This document shows, one piece after another, positions 1-10,900 of a DNA stretch of 64,000 nucleotides. Positions within the stretch are counted from its first letter, which is position 1. The number at the start of each line of letters is the position of its first letter. The translations under genes and the position numbers were made by a program. The DNA comes from Bacillus subtilis subsp. subtilis str. 168. Lineage in GTDB: Bacteria; Bacillota; Bacilli; Bacillales; Bacillaceae. The notes below the pieces were generated by a model, which saw only the letters and a program-made list of their open reading frames with translations, did not search any database and was not told the DNA's origin. The stretch is taken from the NCBI RefSeq assembly GCF_000009045.1, contig NC_000964.3, positions 372,001 to 436,000 on the forward strand, written 5' to 3'.

Positions 1-127
1 CCGCAGCATATCCTTTTTCAATCGCTTCGTCAGTCCAATCCATTACAGGAGGTGTAGAATCCTTTTGAAATACAGTAAATTGATGATATGAAATCGAAAG
101 TTCTTGCGGCTTCCATGATTTGATCAA
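1..127 (-). CDS. nin: Inhibitor of the NucA nuclease (Nin/ComJ), 5' part only; runs off the window edge
   Basis: Manual translation from TTG at 127 gives MIKSWKPQELSISYHQFTVFQKDSTPPVMDWTDEAIEKGYAA. SD AGGAGG lies just upstream, directly after nucA. Confidence 0.9.
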   Translation of the reverse strand, partial: MIKSWKPQELSISYHQFTVFQKDSTPPVMDWTDEAIEKGYAA

Positions 128-153
128 TGTGCTGTTCCTCCTCTATGTACTGT

Positions 154-603
154 TTACTGAATTGTGAATAAAACCTTTGTGCCGTCTGGGTAATCGGTAA
201 GCCGATGCCCGACCCAAGAGCCTGCTCCGCGGTTGTCAGCGGGAGAAATGTATTCTACAGAAGCTCCCTCACCGCCTTCTTTGCACATGGCCATTGGCCA
301 TTCATCTCTGTCATACCCCTTTTTGGAAGGTACGTCCTTTAATGATTGCTCGCGGCGTTCTTCAGCTCCGTCTCTGTCAATAGTGCACACCTCTGAGTGC
401 CCCTCATTTATCGCATCCTTAATATGCTTGGCAGTTTCGGGATACCGGTCAGATGGGAAGGCCATTGTTTCATCATATTCTTTCGTTTGAGACGTTTTTT
501 GATCAGCTGAGAAAAAGTCTCCTTTTATCAGGCCGACAGCTGCAGCTGCTATGATGACGATGACGAGAAGTATCGTTTTTATGATGTCCGTCGTGATGTT
601 CAC
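154..603 (-). CDS. nucA: Membrane-anchored competence DNA-entry nuclease NucA
   Basis: N-terminal TM helix and a NucA/NucB motif (RDEWPMA...DNRGAG). Start codon uncertain (see findings). Confidence 0.95.
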   Translation of the reverse strand: MNITTDIIKTILLVIVIIAAAAVGLIKGDFFSADQKTSQTKEYDETMAFPSDRYPETAKHIKDAINEGHSEVCTIDRDGAEERREQSLKDVPSKKGYDRDEWPMAMCKEGGEGASVEYISPADNRGAGSWVGHRLTDYPDGTKVLFTIQ

Positions 604-626
604 CTCCCGCTTTTAAAACTGACACA

Positions 627-655
627 AGAGTAATCCAGAAAGCATTTGGTGTAAA
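627..655 (-). promoter_or_regulatory. Putative SigA promoter of nucA-nin
   Basis: TTTACA-N17-TACTCT on the minus strand. Confidence 0.55.
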
Positions 656-692
656 GGTTTAAATTTTATGTTTTACGATCAGTTTATTGCAG

Positions 693-727
693 AAATCGTA
701 ATTTTAGCAGATCGAAATATTTGTTTT
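693..727. promoter_or_regulatory. ComK-box-like AT boxes upstream of nucA
   Basis: Two AAAA-N5-ATTT boxes on the minus strand (727-715, 705-693). The consensus is AAAA-N5-TTTT, and nucA is an established ComK target. Confidence 0.5.
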
Positions 728-770
728 CAGCAAAATACGATTGCCAATTTACAATAATGATAGTAAGTCA

Positions 771-2492
771 TCAGCCGTTTTCGGCTTGATTAATCATTTT
801 AAATTGGCTTATGATACCGGTAAGCTCCTCAGCTAATTGAGAAAGTGTTTCAGAAGCTGCGGTAATCTCCTCCATTGCAGCAAATTGCTCCTCTGTTAAT
901 GCAGCCGCTTGCCGGGTATTTTTAGTAGATTCTTTAATGTCGGCCGTATTGGCTGCAAAGGAATCATTTATTTGATGTGCACTGGCTGAAATGTTTGTTA
1001 CAGATGCTGATAAATCACTAATCTCGGCGCTGATTTCACCTGTTGCAGCTGCAATTTCCTTAAATGCATCTCTGGTGCGCTGGATCATGGTGACTCCTTC
1101 TGCAGCTTCTGTTTTCACATGCTCAACAGATCTTGCAGACCGGTTCATATCCTTTTGTATTTCTATGATCAGTTTTGAAATCTGCCCCGCAGACTGTTGA
1201 GACTCTTCTGCTAATTTCCGTACTTCATCAGCAACAACAGCAAAGCCTTTTCCTTGTTCACCGGCTCTGGCAGCTTCAATCGCTGCATTCAGCGCAAGCA
1301 GGTTTGTCTGATCAGCAATTTGGGTGATGACCGATAAAATTTGCTCAATTTGTTTAGAGCGGCCGTCTAACTGGTGTATGATTTCTCCGCTTTTCTGAAT
1401 TGACTGGTGAATCGCATCCATTTGCGCCTGTACATTTGCAATTTCCTTTTGTCCAATGTCTGCTTTTGATTGAGCGAGCTGCCCTTTGTCAGCGATAGCG
1501 GCAGTATTTGCAGAAATATCCCGGATGTCTGCTGAAGCTTGTTTTAATGAGCTTTCACTATTTTCAATTCGGGTGATCTGATCTTGGGCTCCATTTGCAA
1601 TCTGCTGTACAGCTTCTGTGATTTTTTCTGAAGCTTGATTTGTTTCCTCTGCTCCGGCTGAGAGCTGCTGAGAGGCTGACGCAAGCTGAAGGGCTGATTG
1701 TTGTACGGTTTGTATGGTATCGTTCAGCTTCATTCTCATCTTATTATAATAGACGCTTAGTTCTGAAAGCTCGTCACCGGTTTTGTCTGACACCTCTATT
1801 GTCATATCTCCGTTTCCGGCACTTTCAAAGGCGCTTTTTAAAGCGTTCAGCCGCTTGTTGATTTTTCTGGTGAAAACCAAGACAAGGATGACTGATACCA
1901 TAATGACGATAACAAGAACGATAGCGAATTGAGTGAAAAGTGATTGTGTAAGTGATGCTAAAATACTTTGATTAGCTCCGGTATACAGCATGCCGATGAT
2001 GTTCCCATTTTGATCTTTTAACGGCATGTATGCAGTCTGATAAGAAGAACCTGCTACATCTGCTTGTCCGTAAAAACGCTTTCCTTTCTTTAAAACAGCG
2101 GCAATAACTTCAGAAGAAGCCTGGGTGCCGACGGCTCTTTCGCCATTTTTCATGACATTGGTTGCAACACGAGTATCGCCTTGGAAAATGGTAATGGTAT
2201 CACCTGTCTTTTCACCAAGCAGATCAACAATATCTTCATTTCCATTGATTTGTGTTTGCCCTTTATAGAGCTTATTGTTTTTCACCTGCCAGTCGCCTGA
2301 CATGACATCATCAATATAAGTGCTGCTTAAAGCGAGATCACCTTTCGCTTTTTCAGTTGCCATTTGTTTCATGCTTTCTGTAATTTCCTTAAGCATCACA
2401 GTGCCAACTGATGCCGAAAACAAAAGAATCACCACGAAAACGAGGCAAAGAATTTTAGTTCCTAGCTTCATCTTAAATCGTTTTATCAACAT
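771..2492 (-). CDS. tlpC: Methyl-accepting chemotaxis protein TlpC
   Basis: Two TM segments, a Cache-like sensor, a HAMP domain and the MCP signature [32 protein letters not shown]. Confidence 0.95.
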
Positions 2493-2526
2493 AATTCCTC
2501 CCTTTACGATTTGCAGGTCATATTAC

Positions 2527-2554
2527 TTATCGGGTTTTTGGGTTTAAAGTTTTA
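2527..2554 (-). promoter_or_regulatory. SigD-type promoter of tlpC
   Basis: TAAA-N16-CCCGATAA versus the consensus TAAA-N15-GCCGATAT. Confidence 0.65.
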
Positions 2555-2569
2555 TTTTAGAAAAAATAA

Positions 2570-2594
2570 AACCGGCCTGATCTTCAGGCCGGTT
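2570..2594 (-). terminator. Intrinsic terminator of hxlAB
   Basis: Perfect 11-bp stem AACCGGCCTGA-TCT-TCAGGCCGGTT, followed by a T-rich tract on the minus strand. Confidence 0.85.
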
Positions 2595-2602
2595 GTGTGA
2601 TG

Positions 2603-3160
2603 CTATTCAAGGTTTGCGTGGTGAGTGAACATAGTTTCAGAATCGAGACCTTTTTTCTCCATGAGTTTTAAAATCACTGCATCATAGAAGAGCAGCAAAG
2701 TTTGTTCAAATAATGATCCCATTGGCTGAATGGTTTTATAGCTTCCGTTAGACTGGTCTTTAGGGGAACCAGGCATTCTGATGATGAGGTCCGCTTGTTT
2801 TCCGATGCTTGATTCCGGATTGATGGTTAAAGCGGCAACAATTCCGTGTAAGCTTTTTGCTTTTGCTGCGGTATGAATCAAGCTCTTTGTCTCGCCTGAT
2901 CCTGAGCCGATAATAACTAGATCTCCTTCGGCGAGCGGCGGAGTGAGAATCTCACCTACTATATGGGCGTTGAAGCCCATGTGCATCAGTCTCATCGCGA
3001 AGGATTTTGCCATCAGGCCAGACCGCCCCGCACCCGCGGTGAAAATTTGGTGGGATGAAAGAATGTGATCGGCAAGCTGGTCAGCTTCTTCATTAGAAAT
3101 ATAAGCTGCTGAATTGTGTAACTCATTGAGAATTTCCGCTACGTATTCAGTCGTTTTCAT
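2603..3160 (-). CDS. hxlB: 6-phospho-3-hexuloisomerase
   Basis: SIS domain (GAGRSG, GSGSGET); downstream of hxlA. Confidence 0.95.
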   Translation of the reverse strand: MKTTEYVAEILNELHNSAAYISNEEADQLADHILSSHQIFTAGAGRSGLMAKSFAMRLMHMGFNAHIVGEILTPPLAEGDLVIIGSGSGETKSLIHTAAKAKSLHGIVAALTINPESSIGKQADLIIRMPGSPKDQSNGSYKTIQPMGSLFEQTLLLFYDAVILKLMEKKGLDSETMFTHHANLE

Positions 3161-3165
3161 CGGAG

Positions 3166-3798
3166 TTATCCTTGGACAATCAGCTGCTTCATTTTTGAAG
3201 CTGTTTCCGCCTTATCAGCTGCGCTTGTAATTCCGCCCCCGACAATGACAAGGTCAGGCTTTTGCTGGATCACTTCTGGCAGTGTATCAAGTTTGATGCC
3301 GCCCGCGATTGCGGTTTTTGCGTTTTTTACGGTATTTTTGATTGTCGTTAATTCTTCGAAAGAGTTTTTGCCCTCTGCTTGAAGATCATAGCCAGTGTGG
3401 ACGCAGATGTAGTCAACACCGAGTGCGTCAATTTCTTTCGCACGGGATTCGATATCTTTCACGTTAATCATGTCCACTAAGATTTTCTTCTTTTGTTTTT
3501 TGGCTTCTTCTACTGCGCCTTTAATCGTTGCATCGTCTGTAGCCCCTAAAACGGTGATGATGTCAGCGCCTGCTTCCGACGCTTTCATAATTTCGTAGCC
3601 TCCGGCATCCATGATTTTCAGGTCTGCAAGAACCTTCAATTGAGGAAATGCTTCTTTTATTTCTTTAACGGCTCTTAGGCCTTCATTGATGACGACCGGT
3701 GTTCCGATTTCAACTACGTCGATGTATTGTTCTACCTCTTTGACAAGCTCAATGGCTTCCGGGATGTTGACGAGGTCTAATGCAAGCTGTAATTCCAT
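3166..3798 (-). CDS. hxlA: 3-hexulose-6-phosphate synthase (RuMP formaldehyde detoxification)
   Basis: OMP decarboxylase-like barrel (LQLALD, EIGTP, LADLKIMDAG). Confidence 0.95.
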   Translation of the reverse strand: MELQLALDLVNIPEAIELVKEVEQYIDVVEIGTPVVINEGLRAVKEIKEAFPQLKVLADLKIMDAGGYEIMKASEAGADIITVLGATDDATIKGAVEEAKKQKKKILVDMINVKDIESRAKEIDALGVDYICVHTGYDLQAEGKNSFEELTTIKNTVKNAKTAIAGGIKLDTLPEVIQQKPDLVIVGGGITSAADKAETASKMKQLIVQG

Positions 3799-3858
3799 TG
3801 TTGATCCACTCCCTTTTTCGAATTATTGTTCATTCTATAGGTTCCTTCTTTTGTTGAG

Positions 3859-3899
3859 AAGTAGGCACTTTGAAGTCAACAAGTTACTTGGAGGATACT
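3859..3899. promoter_or_regulatory. Candidate HxlR operator region in the hxlA/hxlR divergent spacer
   Basis: AAGT-N4-ACTT inverted repeat (3859-3870) and GTTACT/GATACT direct repeats with 11-bp period (3883-3899). HxlR binding upstream of hxlAB is established; exact limits are inferred. Confidence 0.4.
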
Positions 3900-4031
3900 G
3901 TGAGGAGAGACAATCAGATTTCTTTCGCTTGATTTTATGAGTGAGTATAATGAAAAAAGAGTCTGCAAAAAAGTAAGTAAGTGATGATACGTATCTAACA
4001 TACAAAAAGGTTACTAAGGGGGGGGATTCTA

Positions 4032-4394
4032 TTGAGCCGGATGGACGACAAAAGGTTTAATTGTGAGAAGGAATTAACGCTTGCAGTGATTGGCGGTAAA
4101 TGGAAAATGCTCATTTTATGGCATTTAGGAAAAGAAGGCACAAAACGGTTCAATGAATTAAAAACATTGATTCCTGATATTACGCAGAAGATCCTCGTGA
4201 ATCAGCTGAGAGAGCTTGAGCAGGATATGATTGTTCACAGGGAAGTGTATCCAGTTGTCCCGCCGAAGGTTGAATATTCTCTGACCCCGCACGGAGAAAG
4301 CCTCATGCCTATTCTTGAAGCCATGTATGAGTGGGGGAAAGGCTATATGGAATTGATTGATATCGACAAAAATGTCATGAAAGAATCGTTGTAA
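4032..4394 (+). CDS. hxlR: HxlR (MarR/DUF24 wHTH) activator of hxlAB
   Basis: GGKWK...RFNELK...ITQKIL...PPKVEYSLT HxlR signature; divergent from hxlA. Confidence 0.95.
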
Positions 4395-4422
4395 GACGCT
4401 CTTCGCAAGGGTGTCTTTTTTT
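4393..4422 (+). terminator. Intrinsic terminator of hxlR
   Basis: AAGACGCTCTT-CGC-AAGGGTGTCTT plus a T run. Confidence 0.8.
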
Positions 4423-4559
4423 GCCTTTTTTTCGGTTTTTGCGCGGTACACATAGTCATGTAAAGATTGTAAATTGCATTCAGCAATAAAAAAAGATTGA
4501 ACGCAGCAGTTTGGTTTAAAAATTTTTATTTTTCTGTAAATAATGTTTAGTGGAAATGA

Positions 4560-4575
4560 TTGCGGCATCCCGCAA
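4560..4575. promoter_or_regulatory. ComA box 1 of PsrfA
   Basis: TTGCGG-CATC-CCGCAA, an exact match to the ComA dyad consensus. Confidence 0.9.
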
Positions 4576-4603
4576 AAAATATTGCTGTAAATAAACTGGA
4601 ATC

Positions 4604-4619
4604 TTTCGGCATCCCGCAT
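4604..4619. promoter_or_regulatory. ComA box 2 of PsrfA
   Basis: TTTCGG-CATC-CCGCAT, 44 bp from box 1. Confidence 0.85.
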
Positions 4620-4641
4620 GAAACTTTTCACCCATTTTTCG

Positions 4642-4670
4642 GTGATAAAAACATTTTTTTCATTTAAACT
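4642..4670 (+). promoter_or_regulatory. SigA promoter of the srfA operon
   Basis: GTGATA-N17-TAAACT; the weak -35 fits activator dependence. Implies a leader of about 290 nt. Confidence 0.75.
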
Positions 4671-4967
4671 GAACGGTAGAAAGATAAAAAATATTGAAAA
4701 CAATGAATAAATAGCCAAAATTGGTTTCTTATTAGGGTGGGGTCTTGCGGTCTTTATCCGCTTATGTTAAACGCCGCAATGCTGACTGACGGCAGCCTGC
4801 TTTAATAGCGGCCATCTGTTTTTTGATTGGAAGCACTGCTTTTTAAGTGTAGTACTTTGGGCTATTTCGGCTGTTAGTTCATAAGAATTAAAAGCTGATA
4901 TGGATAAGAAAGAGAAAATGCGTTGCACATGTTCACTGCTTATAAAGATTAGGGGAGGTATGACAAT

Positions 4968-7900
4968 ATGGAAATAACTTTTTACCCTTTAACGGATGCA
5001 CAAAAACGAATTTGGTACACAGAAAAATTTTATCCTCACACGAGCATTTCAAATCTTGCGGGGATTGGTAAGCTGGTTTCAGCTGATGCGATTGATTATG
5101 TGCTTGTTGAGCAGGCGATTCAAGAGTTTATTCGCAGAAATGACGCCATGCGCCTTCGGTTGCGGCTAGATGAAAACGGGGAGCCTGTTCAATATATTAG
5201 CGAGTATCGGCCTGTTGATATAAAACATACTGACACTACTGAAGATCCGAATGCGATAGAGTTTATTTCACAATGGAGCCGGGAGGAAACGAAGAAACCT
5301 TTGCCGCTATACGATTGTGATTTGTTCCGTTTTTCCTTGTTCACCATAAAGGAAAATGAAGTGTGGTTTTACGCAAATGTTCATCACGTGATTTCTGATG
5401 GTATCTCCATGAATATTCTCGGGAATGCGATCATGCACATTTATTTAGAATTAGCCAGCGGCTCAGAGACAAAAGAAGGAATCTCGCATTCATTTATCGA
5501 TCATGTTTTATCTGAACAGGAATATGCTCAATCGAAGCGGTTTGAAAAGGACAAGGCGTTTTGGAACAAACAATTTGAATCGGTGCCTGAACTTGTTTCC
5601 TTGAAACGGAATGCATCCGCAGGGGGAAGTTTAGATGCTGAGAGGTTCTCTAAAGATGTGCCTGAAGCGCTTCATCAGCAGATTCTGTCGTTTTGTGAGG
5701 CGAATAAAGTCAGTGTTCTTTCGGTATTTCAATCGCTGCTCGCCGCCTATTTGTACAGGGTCAGCGGCCAGAATGATGTTGTGACGGGAACATTTATGGG
5801 CAACCGGACAAATGCGAAAGAGAAGCAGATGCTTGGCATGTTTGTTTCTACGGTTCCGCTTCGGACAAACATTGACGGCGGGCAGGCGTTTTCAGAATTT
5901 GTCAAAGACCGGATGAAGGATCTGATGAAGACACTTCGCCACCAAAAGTATCCGTATAATCTCCTAATCAACGATTTGCGTGAAACAAAGAGCTCTCTGA
6001 CCAAGCTGTTCACGGTTTCTCTTGAATATCAAGTGATGCAGTGGCAGAAAGAAGAGGATCTTGCCTTTTTGACTGAGCCGATTTTCAGCGGCAGCGGATT
6101 AAATGATGTCTCAATTCATGTAAAGGATCGATGGGATACTGGGAAACTCACCATAGATTTTGATTACCGCACTGATTTATTTTCACGTGAAGAAATCAAC
6201 ATGATTTGTGAGCGCATGATTACCATGCTGGAGAACGCGTTAACGCATCCAGAACATACAATTGATGAATTAACACTGATTTCTGATGCGGAGAAAGAGA
6301 AGCTGCTTGCGAGGGCCGGCGGTAAATCTGTGAGCTACCGTAAGGACATGACGATACCAGAGCTGTTCCAAGAAAAGGCTGAACTGCTTTCTGATCATCC
6401 AGCGGTTGTATTTGAAGATCGCACATTGTCCTATCGAACGTTACATGAGCAATCTGCACGCATCGCCAATGTGCTGAAACAGAAAGGGGTTGGCCCGGAC
6501 AGTCCTGTCGCGGTTTTGATTGAACGCTCTGAACGGATGATTACAGCTATCATGGGAATTTTAAAAGCCGGCGGAGCCTATGTGCCGATTGATCCGGGTT
6601 TTCCTGCTGAGCGCATTCAATATATTTTGGAGGACTGCGGGGCGGATTTCATCCTGACTGAATCGAAGGTTGCGGCGCCTGAAGCCGATGCTGAGCTGAT
6701 TGACTTAGATCAGGCGATTGAGGAAGGTGCAGAAGAAAGCCTGAATGCAGATGTGAACGCTCGGAACCTTGCCTACATTATTTACACATCGGGAACAACC
6801 GGACGCCCGAAAGGCGTTATGATCGAGCATCGCCAGGTTCATCATTTGGTTGAATCTCTGCAGCAGACGATTTATCAAAGCGGCAGCCAAACCCTGCGGA
6901 TGGCATTGCTTGCGCCGTTCCACTTTGATGCGTCAGTGAAGCAGATCTTCGCGTCGCTTCTTTTGGGCCAAACCCTTTATATCGTACCGAAGAAAACAGT
7001 GACGAACGGGGCCGCCCTTACTGCATATTATCGGAAGAACAGCATTGAGGCGACGGACGGAACACCGGCTCATTTGCAAATGCTGGCAGCAGCAGGCGAT
7101 TTTGAAGGCCTAAAACTGAAGCACATGCTGATCGGAGGAGAAGGCCTGTCATCTGTTGTTGCGGACAAGCTGCTGAAGCTGTTTAAAGAAGCCGGCACAG
7201 CGCCGCGTTTGACTAATGTGTACGGGCCGACTGAAACGTGCGTTGACGCGTCTGTTCATCCGGTTATCCCTGAGAATGCAGTTCAATCAGCGTATGTGCC
7301 GATCGGGAAAGCGCTGGGGAATAACCGCTTATATATTTTGGATCAAAAAGGCCGGCTGCAGCCTGAAGGCGTGGCGGGTGAGCTTTATATCGCGGGAGAC
7401 GGTGTGGGCCGAGGCTATTTACATTTGCCTGAATTAACGGAAGAGAAGTTTTTACAAGATCCATTCGTGCCGGGCGATCGCATGTACCGGACCGGGGACG
7501 TGGTGCGCTGGCTTCCAGATGGAACAATCGAATATTTAGGCAGAGAGGATGACCAGGTCAAAGTCCGCGGATACCGGATTGAGCTTGGGGAAATTGAAGC
7601 CGTGATTCAGCAGGCGCCAGACGTTGCAAAAGCCGTTGTTTTGGCACGCCCTGACGAACAGGGAAATCTTGAGGTTTGCGCATATGTTGTGCAGAAGCCT
7701 GGAAGCGAATTTGCGCCAGCCGGTTTGAGGGAGCATGCGGCCAGACAGCTTCCTGACTATATGGTGCCGGCTTACTTTACAGAAGTGACAGAAATTCCGC
7801 TTACACCAAGCGGCAAAGTCGACCGCCGCAAGCTGTTTGCACTAGAGGTGAAGGCTGTCAGCGGCACTGCCTATACAGCGCCGCGAAATGAGACTGAAAA

Positions 7901-10900
7901 AGCAATCGCAGCCATTTGGCAGGACGTGCTGAACGTTGAGAAGGCGGGGATCTTTGACAATTTCTTTGAAACTGGCGGACATTCATTAAAAGCCATGACC
8001 CTTTTAACAAAGATTCATAAGGAAACAGGCATTGAGATTCCGCTTCAATTTTTGTTTGAGCATCCGACGATTACGGCTCTTGCAGAGGAAGCTGATCACA
8101 GAGAAAGCAAAGCTTTTGCGGTGATTGAACCTGCTGAAAAACAGGAGCATTACCCGCTTTCATTGGCACAGCAGCGAACATATATCGTCAGCCAGTTCGA
8201 GGATGCGGGAGTCGGCTATAACATGCCAGCAGCAGCAATTCTGGAAGGGCCTTTAGATATTCAAAAGCTGGAGCGCGCATTTCAGGGATTAATCCGACGC
8301 CACGAGTCATTGAGAACATCATTTGTTCTTGAAAACAGCACGCCGAGACAGAAAATTCACGATAGCGTTGATTTCAACATCGAAATGATTGAAAGAGGCG
8401 GCCGCTCAGATGAGGCAATTATGGCTTCATTCGTTCGGACATTTGATTTGGCGAAAGCTCCGCTGTTCAGAATCGGTTTGCTGGGGCTTGAAGAGAACCG
8501 TCATATGCTGCTGTTTGACATGCACCATTTGATTTCTGACGGTGTATCCATTGGCATTATGCTGGAGGAGTTAGCACGCATTTATAAAGGCGAACAGCTT
8601 CCTGATCTTCGTCTCCAGTATAAGGACTACGCTGTATGGCAAAGCAGACAGGCTGCTGAAGGGTACAAGAAGGACCAGGCTTATTGGAAGGAAGTCTTTG
8701 CAGGCGAGCTCCCGGTGCTTCAGCTTCTGTCCGATTACCCAAGACCACCTGTTCAAAGCTTTGAAGGGGATCGGGTGTCAATCAAGCTGGATGCGGGGGT
8801 AAAGGATCGCCTCAATCGTTTGGCTGAACAAAACGGCGCCACTTTATATATGGTGATGCTTTCCGCTTACTATACGCTTTTGTCAAAGTATACGGGGCAG
8901 GATGACATCATTGTCGGGACACCGTCAGCGGGCAGAAATCACTCCGATACAGAGGGCATTATCGGGATGTTCGTCAATACGCTTGCGATTCGCAGTGAGG
9001 TGAAGCAGAATGAGACGTTTACCCAATTGATCTCGCGTGTCCGCAAACGGGTGCTGGATGCCTTTTCTCATCAGGACTATCCGTTTGAGTGGCTTGTTGA
9101 AGATTTGAACATCCCGCGTGATGTTAGCAGGCATCCGCTGTTTGACACGATGTTCAGCCTTCAAAACGCGACAGAGGGCATTCCGGCTGTCGGCGATCTT
9201 TCCTTGTCTGTTCAAGAGACCAATTTCAAGATTGCCAAATTTGATTTGACGGTGCAGGCGAGAGAAACCGATGAAGGCATTGAGATTGATGTGGATTACA
9301 GCACAAAGCTGTTTAAACAAAGCACGGCAGACAGGCTGCTTACGCATTTTGCGCGTTTGCTTGAAGATGCTGCGGCTGATCCAGAGAAGCCGATTTCTGA
9401 GTATAAGCTTCTTTCTGAAGAGGAGGCTGCTTCGCAAATTCAGCAGTTTAACCCGGGCAGAACACCTTATCCGAAAGATAAAACAATTGTTCAGCTGTTT
9501 GAGGAGCAAGCGGCGAATACGCCAGACCACACTGCGCTTCAATATGAAGGCGAATCACTCACTTATCGTGAACTGAATGAACGGGCCAATCGTTTAGCCC
9601 GCGGCATTCTTTCTCTTGGAGCTGGCGAAGGCAGAACTGCGGCTGTCTTATGCGAGCGGTCAATGGATATGATTGTGTCGATCTTGGCAGTATTAAAATC
9701 AGGTTCGGCTTATGTTCCGATCGATCCGGAACATCCGATTCAGCGGATGCAGCATTTCTTCCGTGACAGCGGAGCAAAGGTGCTTCTCACTCAGAGGAAA
9801 TTAAAGGCTTTGGCGGAAGAAGCGGAATTTAAGGGCGTTATCGTGCTAGCCGATGAGGAAGAAAGCTATCATGCCGATGCGCGAAATCTCGCACTGCCTC
9901 TTGATTCTGCAGCAATGGCCAACCTGACGTATACTTCCGGAACGACTGGAACACCTAAGGGGAATATCGTGACACATGCCAATATTCTCCGCACGGTGAA
10001 GGAAACGAATTATCTCAGCATTACAGAACAGGATACGATTCTCGGTCTTTCCAATTACGTGTTTGACGCGTTTATGTTCGATATGTTCGGCTCTTTGTTA
10101 AACGGAGCCAAGCTGGTGCTGATACCGAAGGAAACCGTTTTGGACATGGCTCGCCTGTCCCGCGTCATTGAACGGGAGAACATCAGCATTCTCATGATTA
10201 CAACCGCTTTGTTCCACTTGCTTGTGGACTTGAATCCGGCATGCTTGTCAACGCTTCGCAAGATTATGTTTGGCGGGGAACGGGCTTCGGTTGAGCATGT
10301 CAGAAAAGCTTTGCAAACGGTTGGAAAGGGCAAGCTCCTTCATATGTATGGACCGTCTGAAAGCACGGTTTTCGCGACGTATCATCCGGTTGATGAATTG
10401 GAGGAGCACACGCTGTCTGTTCCGATTGGAAAACCGGTCAGCAATACGGAAGTATACATTCTTGACCGTACGGGACACGTGCAGCCTGCCGGGATTGCCG
10501 GAGAGCTTTGCGTCAGCGGCGAAGGACTCGTGAAAGGCTATTACAACCGTCCAGAACTGACTGAGGAGAAATTTGTTCCCCATCCGTTTACATCCGGCGA
10601 ACGCATGTATAAAACGGGAGACCTTGCGAGATGGCTGCCGAATGGCGACATCGAATTTATCGGGCGAATCGACCATCAGGTGAAGATTCGCGGACAGCGC
10701 ATCGAGCTTGGAGAAATCGAACATCAGCTGCAAACCCATGATCGTGTTCAGGAAAGTGTTGTGCTTGCCGTTGATCAAGGAGCGGGAGATAAACTGTTGT
10801 GTGCTTACTATGTCGGAGAAGGAGACATCTCATCACAAGAGATGAGAGAGCATGCTGCGAAGGACTTGCCGGCATATATGGTTCCTGCGGTGTTTATCCA

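Noticed and set aside
4158-4718. 186-aa minus-strand ORF
   Set aside because: It overlaps hxlR, its terminator and the whole srfA promoter; no SD and no family resemblance
4764-4977. uORFs in the srfA leader (13 aa at 4764-4805; 25 aa at 4900-4977)
   Set aside because: Neither has an SD at usable spacing and neither shows an attenuator-type codon bias
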